IMG/VR virus record: IMGVR_UViG_3300031952_000004
Location: 32,001 to 96,000 of that record
Strand: one strand, 5' to 3'
Length of the DNA stretch: 64,000 nt
Source: a virus
The notes beneath the pieces were generated by a model. It worked only from the letters and a program-made list of their open reading frames with translations. It was not told the origin of the DNA and ran no database searches. Made by a program: the position numbers and the translations under genes. Shown piece after piece: positions 1-8,847 of the stretch (positions within the stretch are counted from its first letter, which is position 1; each line of letters starts with the position of its first letter).

Positions 1-104
1 CCTTTACATCTTGCTAATTGATTATGATGTAAAACATTACTTTTATAATGCCTTAAAAAGCCCTTGCTATTCTTTATTATAATATACTTTGTTTCCTTAT
101 TCAT
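1..104 (-). CDS. hypothetical protein, runs off the window (MNKETKYIIIKNSKGFLRHY...)
   Basis: ATG at 104 preceded by AAGGGTGCTACA; open to position 1; read by eye, not in the ORF track. Confidence 0.5.
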   Translation of the reverse strand, partial: MNKETKYIIIKNSKGFLRHYKSNVLHHNQLARCK

Positions 105-115
105 TGTAGCACCCT

Positions 116-484
116 TTATTTATAGTATATCTCAATATAATACTTCCCGGTCTCATTGTATATCGTACAACCGCTAAAATCCCTCAATGCCTCTTTAATA
201 GTAGTTTTTAAATCTTGCCTTAAAACTTCTTTATATATCCTATTAGGCAATACTTCTATTTGTTTATCAATACCATTATAAACATAACCGCATTTAAATC
301 TAACATAAAATAAAGCCTCTTGCCTATACTTAGTTTTTAAATCCTCTAAAATCCAAGTATTGAAATTATAAGTATTGGCTATCCTTAAATAATCATAAAA
401 GATTTTGCCTTCTGTATTACGCCAAAAACCTCTTATAGATGTTTTGGTTCTACCTTTAATCTCTGGTATAAATACTTTAATCAT
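116..484 (-). CDS. hypothetical early protein
   Basis: 122-aa ORF preceded by AGGTGCTAAA. Confidence 0.65.
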   Translation of the reverse strand: MIKVFIPEIKGRTKTSIRGFWRNTEGKIFYDYLRIANTYNFNTWILEDLKTKYRQEALFYVRFKCGYVYNGIDKQIEVLPNRIYKEVLRQDLKTTIKEALRDFSGCTIYNETGKYYIEIYYK

Positions 485-492
485 TTTAGCAC

Positions 493-639
493 CTATTCAT
501 TTATTTTTAAGTAATTATTTAAATCTAATAACTTATAATCTAATCTATTTAACAAATAAGTCTTTAATGTTTTAATTGCTAAATGAATTTTAAAATCATT
601 TGCTTTAATCTCATAATCTATTTTGTTTAGTCTGTTCAT
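493..639 (-). CDS. small hypothetical early protein (48 aa)
   Basis: GAGAGGTTAAA-ATG directly downstream of the sigma70 promoter; read by eye. Confidence 0.55.
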   Translation of the reverse strand: MNRLNKIDYEIKANDFKIHLAIKTLKTYLLNRLDYKLLDLNNYLKINE

Positions 640-671
640 TTTAACCTCTCTTTTTGTTTACTTCTATCTAA

Positions 672-700
672 AGTATAACATAATAAAGTCTATTTATCAA
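672..700 (-). promoter_or_regulatory. sigma70-type promoter for the leftward early genes
   Basis: TTGATA-17 nt-TATACT with extended -10 TGn on the minus strand. Confidence 0.75.
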
Positions 701-1018
701 GGTTTCAAGGTAAAATAATTATAACTTATTATAATACAATAAGTTAGGGTATAAAATAATTCTTATTTATCCTAAAATAAATTATTAACTATACTCTAAT
801 AAAATCTATCTAATAATACAGGGAATAATAAAATGCAATAGCGCACACTCGCCGAAATAACTCATCTTTATTCAATTATAATTAACTATAATAAGTTAAA
901 TCTAATAAATTATACCCAACCTATTGAAGTATAACAAGATAAGTTATAGGCAGGGTTCATTTTAGCGGATTACAACAGGACACCGAACGATACCCCCACT
1001 ATACCTTTCTTTCGATTT

Positions 1019-1590
1019 TCTACCTTTTTCAACCTCTTTAACTTCAACACATTAAAAATTAAATCCACTCTAAAAATCGTAAAAACACAAATTGGTCGAA
1101 ATATGCCCATAACGGACATTAATATATATAATATCGGAATAGGATTATTGTTATCTTTTTTAGTTATAATTAACTTATTTCTTTTATTTAGGATTAATTA
1201 GCGTTTTTTTTCGGTCTTTTTATAACTTCTACCCTCTTCTACCTTATTGATATTATTATAGTTATATTAATACTAAATTAGTATTTATCAGTATTTTATT
1301 AGTATTTCAAATCTACCTCTTCTACCTTATTGAAAACAAATAACTTACGATTTCTACCTAGTTTCTACCTTTTTAGAAGGTAGAAGATACTAGTTAATTT
1401 TAATACCTATATATATCTACCTATTTCTACTATTCGTTAAATAAACAAGATACGAAAAAATTACAGATAAATGTAATTTTTAAGTACTAAAGGAGGGAGA
1501 AGGAGAAAGTAGTCGTGCTGAAGTTGCCCCCTACCCCCGACTTATTATTAGCTAAGATACTATATTTCTACCCTAATCTACCTTATTGTA
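1019..1590 (+). repeat. iteron-like array of paired TCTACC motifs (candidate origin or packaging site)
   Basis: TCTAC(C) pairs at 1228/1238, 1312/1321, 1353/1364, 1416/1426, 1567/1577; TCTACCTTATTG occurs three times; non-coding region. Confidence 0.6.
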
Positions 1591-1648
1591 AATAAAGAAG
1601 TTAGAAAAAGAATACAATGGTCGAATATATATAACGAGAATACGGTAA

Positions 1649-1754
1649 GTTAACCTAGCTTTATTAGGTTAACGTATTAGGTCGATAAGACCTAATTAGT
1701 AGACCATAGGGTTCTTCTTTTACGAGTATTTACGTAGTAAATACGAGTAAAAGA
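1649..1754 (+). repeat. three consecutive inverted repeats (DNA hairpins)
   Basis: GTTAACCTA/TAGGTTAAC 1649-1673; ATTAGGTC/GACCTAAT 1676-1696; 18-bp arms with GA/GA mismatch and GTA loop 1716-1754. Confidence 0.7.
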
Positions 1755-2189
1755 TAAATTATTACTTTTATCGTATTGTATTGATACTTTATATCATATA
1801 GATTAATATAATATATAAGTATACGTTGGTATAATATTTATACCTTAACTTATTGTAATTATTATAGTTATAAAAATAATAATATATTTACTTAAATAAT
1901 CGGTATTTTCGAGTATACTTATAAGTAGAAGGTAAAAATGTTCTTTAAAATATATAGACCAATTGAATTGAGTAGAAAGCAGCATAATAACCGATAAAAC
2001 TCGGTAAAGATACTATTAATAACAAACGTCTATCTCGAATGATAGAAACGCAGTTAAAAGAAACTTATAAATAGGCTGCACAAACAAAACTTTAATTCAT
2101 GGTAAATTGTTGAAGAATATTATGATAACGATAATAGTTTGTATAGTTTGGTTATTTTTTATGTGGCTTTTTGGGCTAACTAAAAATAT

Positions 2190-2601
2190 ACCAAGAATTT
2201 GATTTATTCTCTTTCTGATTTCTTGAGTTGAGATTGGCTAATAGTAAGCAATCGAAAAACAAATTAAGGATTCAGATTCAGAAAGAGTTATTATTGCTTG
2301 GAGGGCGTTAAGCTCTGCTTGATAGCTCTCCTTTGCTAGCTTCATACTGTCGATTGACAGATAAATGGGTAGCTACTGATTATCGGGGGCTACCCGACTA
2401 AAAATTAATTAAGGCTAAAGATAAAGTTATGGACTGGGAAATCCTGGTCGATTTTGTCTTTAGCCTTTTTTATTTGTATCGGGTTAAGGGATTTTTACCT
2501 CTTCCATAAATTGTAAGTTTAAAATGGGAACTTATTAACCCGATTATCACGATGGTGAGAAATACTTCATAGAAAGTTAAAAAGTAATGCTCACCCCATA
2601 G
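2190..2601 (+). ncRNA. putative structured RNA or late-operon leader
   Basis: consecutive stems 2209-2287, 2300-2331, 2347-2360, 2367-2395, 2411-2467, 2478-2544, 2554-2595, several with G-U pairs; no long ORF. Confidence 0.4.
2411..2471 (+). terminator. long stem followed by T-tract; possible intrinsic terminator or attenuator
   Basis: AAGGCTAAAGATAAA...TTTGTCTTTAGCCTT then TTTT. Confidence 0.5.
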
Positions 2602-2609
2602 GAGAATAA

Positions 2610-3002
2610 ATGATATTAGATTTATATATAACTTATAAAAAAATAGAAGAAATAGATATAATTCAAGACCTCATAATTAAAAAAAGAGATTCTGTAACTT
2701 ATGACTGTTTTTTCTATGACGAAAATAATACTTTAGTTGACATTACAGGAGCCACATTATTTTTTACAATAAAAGAAAAATCATCTGATACAGATGAAAC
2801 TGCAATTCTTAAAAAAACAATTACTTCTTTAACAAATTCTACAGATGGTGAAGCAAAAATCGAATTAAACCCAACTGATACTAATTTAACAGTTGGAAAT
2901 TATATTTATGATATTCAGATTAAACTTTCTACTGGAGAAATATATACTTGTTTAGAAGGAAATATTTGTGTTAAACAAGATATAACAATCAGAACAAGTT
3001 AA
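2610..3002 (+). CDS. BppU N-terminal-like (Ig-fold) virion adaptor protein
   Basis: pattern VDITGATLFFTIK...GEAKIELNPTDT...GNYIYDIQIK; GGAG SD. Confidence 0.6.
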   Translation: MILDLYITYKKIEEIDIIQDLIIKKRDSVTYDCFFYDENNTLVDITGATLFFTIKEKSSDTDETAILKKTITSLTNSTDGEAKIELNPTDTNLTVGNYIYDIQIKLSTGEIYTCLEGNICVKQDITIRTS

Positions 3003-3003
3003 A

Positions 3004-3747
3004 ATGACTAGAGAATATTATTTAAAACATGGAAAAGAAATTTTAAAATATCATAAAAAATATTTTATAAAAAATAAATGTTTGGATTGTGGAAAAAAAG
3101 TTAGTACAGAACATACTAAAAGATGTAGAAAATGTTATATAATTTTTTCTAAAGGAAAAAATGCGACCAATTATAAAAATGGTCGTTCTTTGATAGAAAA
3201 ATTTTGTATTGATTGTGGTAAAAAAATAGATTGGAAGTCTAAAAATAATTATTGTAAAAATCATGTTGGTAAATATGTATTGCCAAAAGCAGAAAACAGT
3301 TATAATTATATAGATGGAAGATGTTCTAAAAAATATTATTGTATAATTTGTGGAAAAGAAATAAGCCTTTCTTCTGGTTTTTATGGTAATAAAAAATGTA
3401 GTTCATGTCATGCTAAAACAAAGACTCCTACTTTTGGAAAATTGCCTTCTCATGGAAAAAGAATTCATTATAAAAATAATTGCTTTCGTTCTACTTGGGA
3501 ATCAAATTTTGCTAAATGGTTAGATAAAAATAATATAAAATGGTTATATGAATCAAAAACATTTAAATTAGATAATGGAACTTATACACCAGATTTTTAT
3601 TTACCAGAATTTAATTTATGGATAGAAGTAAAAGGCTATTGGCGTGATAATGCTAAAGTTAAATTTGAATTATTTAAACAAAAATACTGCGGCGAAAGAA
3701 TAAAAATTTTAGGAAGACAAGAATTAAAAATATTAAAAATAATTTAA
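3004..3747 (+). CDS. free-standing homing endonuclease, CxxC zinc-finger repeats plus PD-(D/E)XK nuclease
   Basis: repeated CxxC; FRSTWE...YTPDFYL...WIEVKGYW; paralog of 21515..22183. Confidence 0.75.
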   Translation: MTREYYLKHGKEILKYHKKYFIKNKCLDCGKKVSTEHTKRCRKCYIIFSKGKNATNYKNGRSLIEKFCIDCGKKIDWKSKNNYCKNHVGKYVLPKAENSYNYIDGRCSKKYYCIICGKEISLSSGFYGNKKCSSCHAKTKTPTFGKLPSHGKRIHYKNNCFRSTWESNFAKWLDKNNIKWLYESKTFKLDNGTYTPDFYLPEFNLWIEVKGYWRDNAKVKFELFKQKYCGERIKILGRQELKILKII

Positions 3748-3762
3748 GGAGGAAATTAAAAC

Positions 3763-4008
3763 ATGATTGATAAATCATTAAGTTTTGGAATTCAAAATTA
3801 TTTTTTTGTTACTCAAGACGAAACAGACCCAGTTTATGTTTATGTTGGTTATCAAAATAAAAAAGGTTCTACATTACTTGGTCGTTACAAAAAAGACGAT
3901 ACTGAAGGTTTATACTATATCGCTGTCGGAGCATTTGCTGGAATTTGGGCAGGTAGAGTAGGATATAGTTACGCTTTACCAAGTTTGCTTGTTGAACCAG
4001 CGATTTAA
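3763..4008 (+). CDS. small hypothetical virion-module protein
   Basis: 81-aa ORF with AGGAGG SD. Confidence 0.65.
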   Translation: MIDKSLSFGIQNYFFVTQDETDPVYVYVGYQNKKGSTLLGRYKKDDTEGLYYIAVGAFAGIWAGRVGYSYALPSLLVEPAI

Positions 4009-4009
4009 T

Positions 4010-4297
4010 ATGAAACATTATTGCATCGATTGTAAAAAAGAATCAATCCGTAAAAGAGATAACTATATCTGTCAAAATTGTTCGATGATTGAAGAAGAAC
4101 ATTTGATAGTAATAGGTACTAATTTACATATTCATCATATTGATTATAATCATATAAATTACAATGAAGAAAATTTAATTACTTTATGTAATTCATGTAA
4201 TGTAAGAGCAAATTTTAACAGAGATTATTGGAAAAATATTTTTCAAAATAAAATTGCCCAACTAAATAAGGAGGCAACCAAAAATGAGTCAATATAA
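4010..4297 (+). CDS. HNH endonuclease with internally deleted N-terminal zinc-finger array
   Basis: MKHYCIDCKK joined directly to RKRDNYICQNC...HIHHIDYN...NLITLCNSCN...RDYW; likely start ATG 4010. Confidence 0.7.
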   Translation: MKHYCIDCKKESIRKRDNYICQNCSMIEEEHLIVIGTNLHIHHIDYNHINYNEENLITLCNSCNVRANFNRDYWKNIFQNKIAQLNKEATKNESI

Positions 4298-5510
4298 ATA
4301 CAAATTTAATTGTCGTAGTGGAGTTTTTGATTTAGTACCATCTACGATTATTGTATTCAAGGCATCAGTAGCAAATTATGCTGCACTTCCTGCTGTGGGT
4401 AATACCATCGGAGATGCAAGAATTACTGAAGACACAGACCATTGGTATTCATGGGATGGTTCTGTTTGGAATGACCAGGGGGTTTTTATAGCATCAAATT
4501 GGGAAAATATAAATGGTCGTCCATCTTCTCCAGTTGCGGATATTGATGATGCTGTTACAAAAAGACATACACAAAATACAGATACTTATTTAGATAATAT
4601 AGTTAAAAATGTTTTATATGTTGATGGGAATAGAACAGATGTTTATACTGCGAATGGTTCGATAACAAAACCATTTAAGAAAATACAAGATGCTATAGAT
4701 GCTGTAACTGCTCCTTCTGCAATTAATAAATATCTTATTGAAATTGCACCAGGTGCTTATTATTCTGATGCATTAGCAATAAATAAAGTTTATATTACTT
4801 TTAGAAGTTGTGGAATTCAAGGAGCAAGAATTTCTGGTGCTATAACAGTAACAAATCCTTCTGACCCTACTCCAGAACAAATTACATTTGTTGGTCTTAG
4901 AATAAGTGGCGGACTTACTTGTTTAGCATCTCATATTTGTATAAATGCAGTAGATTGTAATATAACTGGTTCTGATTGGGTAATGAATCCAACAGTTCCT
5001 ACTGACGACGAATACTTACAGGTATTTGGTGGTCTTTATAATGTAACTACTACCCTTACAAATGTATATACTTATTTAATGGGGGGCGGTTATTATTGTA
5101 CTTTTGTTGCTACAAATAAAGAATTTAATATAAATAATGCAGATATAAATGACCCATTCCAAGTTACTTTGAATGGAACAGTTATAGCTTCTGCTTATGG
5201 TGATAGAACAGGTAATTCAAAATTTATTGTAAATGCTGGGGCAACTTTAAATATCGATGCAGACACCGAAGGTGGTTCAGTTTTAACTTTAGACCCAGCA
5301 GCAATATTAAATAGAACTACAATAGCAGCAAATATAAAAAATATTCCAGCAGGTACAATTTCTTCAACTAACGTTCAAGATGCTATTAACGAATTAGATG
5401 GCGAAGTATTAAATGCAATTAAATCTACTGCTGGTGGAGATTGGAAAAAAGTTACAGCAATAGAATACAATCCAGCAACTGGAAATTTAAGAGTTAGTTA
5501 CGAAGAATAA
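4284..5510 (+). CDS. virion fibre/spike protein with pectin-lyase-like beta-helix region
   Basis: YVDGNR...GSITKPFKKIQDAID...IEIAPGAY motif; NVQDAINEL; shared C-terminal module. Confidence 0.65.
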   Translation: MSQYKYKFNCRSGVFDLVPSTIIVFKASVANYAALPAVGNTIGDARITEDTDHWYSWDGSVWNDQGVFIASNWENINGRPSSPVADIDDAVTKRHTQNTDTYLDNIVKNVLYVDGNRTDVYTANGSITKPFKKIQDAIDAVTAPSAINKYLIEIAPGAYYSDALAINKVYITFRSCGIQGARISGAITVTNPSDPTPEQITFVGLRISGGLTCLASHICINAVDCNITGSDWVMNPTVPTDDEYLQVFGGLYNVTTTLTNVYTYLMGGGYYCTFVATNKEFNINNADINDPFQVTLNGTVIASAYGDRTGNSKFIVNAGATLNIDADTEGGSVLTLDPAAILNRTTIAANIKNIPAGTISSTNVQDAINELDGEVLNAIKSTAGGDWKKVTAIEYNPATGNLRVSYEE

Positions 5511-5552
5511 GATAAAAGATAATATACTATTTTTTAAAGAGATGAAATAAAA

Positions 5553-6941
5553 ATGGCAATCAAACAAGAAATTCTTACTAAACAATATATTATTGTAGAT
5601 GGAGTTGCCTACGCTAGAACTTCTACAGGAATTAACGCTGCAATAGACGCTTTAGGAAGTTCAGGCGGAGAAGTTTTTTTAACAAAAGGAGATTATGATA
5701 TTACTTCTTCTATATTAATCGATTATAATAATACTACTATAGAAGGAGTTGGTGATGGAACTAGATTATTAGCTACAAATAGAGCAACTTTTGATGATGC
5801 TACAGGTACTCTTTCCGAAGGAGATACAATAACAGGAGGAGTTAATTCATATACTGCTATAGTCGCTAAAATAACTTATAATACAGCGACAACAGGAATT
5901 ATTTGGTATAGAAGTTTATCAAATATATTAGATTTTGAAGACAATGAAGTTCTTAGTAGTGGAGCTAATAATATTACTTTAAATATAACTCCAACTCAAC
6001 CAAATTTTCTTTGTTTAGATTTTAATGGTAAAAATAATTGTAAAATTTCAAATTTAAGAATTATAGGTGGTAGATTTAATACAGCATCAGTAGGTGCTAT
6101 TGGCGGAGGTTTTTGCGAATACGATGTAATAGATAATATTACAATAGAATATTTATATAACGAGAATACAGCAGCTGCTGTATTAAGTGCTGCTTGGGCT
6201 AATTATTATACTATACAAAATTGTAGAATTAAAAATTGCGAAAGTGTTGCAATAGCAGGTGGGGCAGGTGTAGAGAATAGACTTATAATTATTAATAATA
6301 TTATTACAGGGGGATGTAATTACTATGCTATAGGTGGCTATTTGGAACATTCTATTGTGAAAGGTAATACTATTAGAAATACTACAGGAGTAGGCATTCA
6401 AATAACTTCTCATGAACATAATACAATATCTAATAATAGTATAGAAACTTGCGGAAATATAGGAATTTCTATATGGTCTAATTACAATACAATCGTAGGT
6501 AATACTATTAGCGATACAGCTTCAGGATATGCTGATATAAAAATAATTAATGATTATAACATAATTATAGGCAATAATTGTTATGGAGATGGTACATCGG
6601 ATATAGGTATATGGCTTGACGAAGCTGATTATTGTATTGTAGAAGGTAACTATACTGAAAATCATGATATAGCAGGTATACAAATAGATTCAGATTGCGA
6701 TAATAATTCTATAGCAGGTAATATTTGTAAAGATTCTATTCCATATATAAATAATGGAACGAATGGAAAATTTTTTATTCAAGATTCTCTATCTGATGGT
6801 ACTAATAATGTAAAAATTTCAGAAATGAAATCTATAATCGACGGAGGAATTACTTCTACTGCAGGTGGAGATGAGAAAAAAATAACATCTATGACTTATA
6901 ATCCAACTACAGGAAAAATTTCGGTTAATTATCAAGAATAA
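5553..6941 (+). CDS. right-handed beta-helix (depolymerase-like) fibre/spike protein
   Basis: INAAIDAL...GGEVFL..GDY; many IxxNxI parallel beta-helix repeats; shared C-terminal module. Confidence 0.7.
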   Translation: MAIKQEILTKQYIIVDGVAYARTSTGINAAIDALGSSGGEVFLTKGDYDITSSILIDYNNTTIEGVGDGTRLLATNRATFDDATGTLSEGDTITGGVNSYTAIVAKITYNTATTGIIWYRSLSNILDFEDNEVLSSGANNITLNITPTQPNFLCLDFNGKNNCKISNLRIIGGRFNTASVGAIGGGFCEYDVIDNITIEYLYNENTAAAVLSAAWANYYTIQNCRIKNCESVAIAGGAGVENRLIIINNIITGGCNYYAIGGYLEHSIVKGNTIRNTTGVGIQITSHEHNTISNNSIETCGNIGISIWSNYNTIVGNTISDTASGYADIKIINDYNIIIGNNCYGDGTSDIGIWLDEADYCIVEGNYTENHDIAGIQIDSDCDNNSIAGNICKDSIPYINNGTNGKFFIQDSLSDGTNNVKISEMKSIIDGGITSTAGGDEKKITSMTYNPTTGKISVNYQE

Positions 6942-7001
6942 TTTTTAAAGATAAAAAGATAAAAGATATTATATAATATCTAAAAATGGAGGAAAATAAA
7001 T

Positions 7002-7574
7002 ATGGCTATTCTAACAATTACATTCAATCCTCTCGATGGTTCTACTGCTATTGTAAATGCTAGTACTGCGGATTCTAAAGCTGTCGTAGCTTTAGCTGAT
7101 GCTTCTACTGGTATTGTGAACGCAAGTACTGCTGATTCTAAAGCGGTTGTAGGTCTTGCCGACGCAAGTACTGCAGAAGTTGATGCTCAAACAGGTATCA
7201 CTAATGCTTCTACTGCAGATAGCAAGGCTGTTGTAGCTTTAGCGGATGCTAGCACTGGTATCGTTAATGCAAGTACAGCAGATTCTAAAGCGGTTGTCGC
7301 TTTAGCTGACGCTTCTACTGCTGAAGTCGATGCACAGACTGGTATTACTAACGCTTCTACAGCAGACTCTAAAGCAGTCGTTGCTTTAGCGGATGCATCT
7401 ACAGCTGTTGTAAATGCTAGTACTGCAGATAGTAAAGCAACAATAGCAAAAGCTGAAGCTGATTCTGCTATCGGTTCTGAACCTTCTGCTGGTCAATATA
7501 TTGTGACCGATATAAAAAGAGACGCAACTGGTTCGATAGTGGTTGATTACAACGATAGTGCCATAGGTTCTTGA
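7002..7574 (+). CDS. Ala/Ser/Thr-rich heptad-repeat virion protein (coiled-coil stalk or decoration)
   Basis: six NASTADSKA units in alternating 21/28-aa repeats; GGAGG SD. Confidence 0.7.
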   Translation: MAILTITFNPLDGSTAIVNASTADSKAVVALADASTGIVNASTADSKAVVGLADASTAEVDAQTGITNASTADSKAVVALADASTGIVNASTADSKAVVALADASTAEVDAQTGITNASTADSKAVVALADASTAVVNASTADSKATIAKAEADSAIGSEPSAGQYIVTDIKRDATGSIVVDYNDSAIGS

Positions 7575-7596
7575 TAGACAAGGACTTATGTAAATA

Positions 7597-7626
7597 GAGG
7601 GGAGATTAATTTCTCCCCTCCCAAAG
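7597..7626 (+). terminator. GC-rich hairpin followed by CCAAAG (non-canonical terminator or processing site)
   Basis: GAGGGGAGA-TTAATT-TCTCCCCTC-CCAAAG. Confidence 0.55.
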
Positions 7627-7631
7627 AAAAA

Positions 7632-8252
7632 ATGATTAAAACAGAATTTAAAGAATATCAGAAAAAATGGGAAGAAGCAAATCAAGAACATCGTAAAGAA
7701 TATTTAAAAAATTATTGTAAAATTAATAAAGAGAAAATTAATGCTCGTAGCAAAAAACATTATCAGGAGCATAAAGAAGAATATCAAGAGAACCATAAAG
7801 AATATTACGAAACACATAAAGAAGAACATTCTAAAAAAGCAAAAGAATATTATTTAAAGAATAAAAATAAAATTAAAGTGCAACATAGAGATTATTATCA
7901 AAATAATAAAGATAAAATTGTTAAACAACGTAATCAAAGACTTAAAGTAGATTTTAAATTTAGAATTAGAAAAAATTTAAATAGAAGATTGCATCATGCT
8001 TTAAAAGGCGAAATTAAATCAATTTCAGTAACAAAGTTAATTGGTTGTTCTTTGAAATTTTTAAAGAATCATTTAGAATTTCAATTCAAATCTGGTATGT
8101 CTTGGTCTAATTACGGTAAATGGCATGTAGACCATATCAGACCTTGTGCTAAATTTGATTTATCCAAGTCCGAAGAACAATGTAAATGTTTTCATTATAC
8201 TAATCTTCAACCTTTGTGGGCTAGAGATAATTTAAGTAAGAATAAATATTAA
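7632..8252 (+). CDS. HNH homing endonuclease, family A (15-aa repeat N-terminus)
   Basis: WHVDHIRPCAKFDLS...CFHYTNLQPLWARDNLSK. Confidence 0.8.
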   Translation: MIKTEFKEYQKKWEEANQEHRKEYLKNYCKINKEKINARSKKHYQEHKEEYQENHKEYYETHKEEHSKKAKEYYLKNKNKIKVQHRDYYQNNKDKIVKQRNQRLKVDFKFRIRKNLNRRLHHALKGEIKSISVTKLIGCSLKFLKNHLEFQFKSGMSWSNYGKWHVDHIRPCAKFDLSKSEEQCKCFHYTNLQPLWARDNLSKNKY

Positions 8253-8262
8253 AAGAATAAAT

Positions 8263-8832
8263 ATGACCGATTTAAAAAATATAACAATGGTATGTGCACA
8301 TCCTGATGATGAAGTTATTTTTGGTTGGTTGGTATTAAAACAAGCATCTAAAATCATAACAGTTGTTGGTAGTTCTAAATATGATACCTATCATCCGAAA
8401 TGGAGAGATATGGTTTTAGAAGAAATGGGAAAATTTTTAGGCATCGAAGTTATTAATTTACATTATGAAGATTGTATTTGTAGACTTCCAGAGAATGAAA
8501 TAGAAATATTGTTTGAAAAATTAAAAGAAGTAACTAAAGATTCTGAAATTATTTTCACACATAATGAACATGGCGATTATGGGCATCCAGACCATAAACT
8601 TTTATTTCAATTAGTAATGAGATTAAATAAAAGAGTAATGGTAAGTAATATTACTAATTTTACAAAAGATGCAATTAATCATGCATCCGTAAAAGTTACA
8701 GGTAAAGAAATTAAAAAATGTATAAATGATTTAGATTTCTACGAAAAATGTCATAAAATTTACGATAAAAATGCTAGTTGGACTTGGGGGAATCCTCCAA
8801 TAAAAAAAGCAATATTAGTAGAAAAAATCTGA
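8263..8832 (+). CDS. PIG-L/LmbE family N-acetylglucosaminyl deacetylase
   Basis: AHPDDE and GDYGHPDH metal-binding motifs. Confidence 0.85.
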   Translation: MTDLKNITMVCAHPDDEVIFGWLVLKQASKIITVVGSSKYDTYHPKWRDMVLEEMGKFLGIEVINLHYEDCICRLPENEIEILFEKLKEVTKDSEIIFTHNEHGDYGHPDHKLLFQLVMRLNKRVMVSNITNFTKDAINHASVKVTGKEIKKCINDLDFYEKCHKIYDKNASWTWGNPPIKKAILVEKI

Positions 8833-8847
8833 AAGTAGGGAGAAAAA

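Noticed and set aside
1019-1590. CRISPR array
   Set aside because: Repeats are only 6-12 nt and irregularly spaced; no cas genes
2190-2601. tRNA, tmRNA or group I intron
   Set aside because: No cloverleaf or T-loop and no recognisable intron core found by eye
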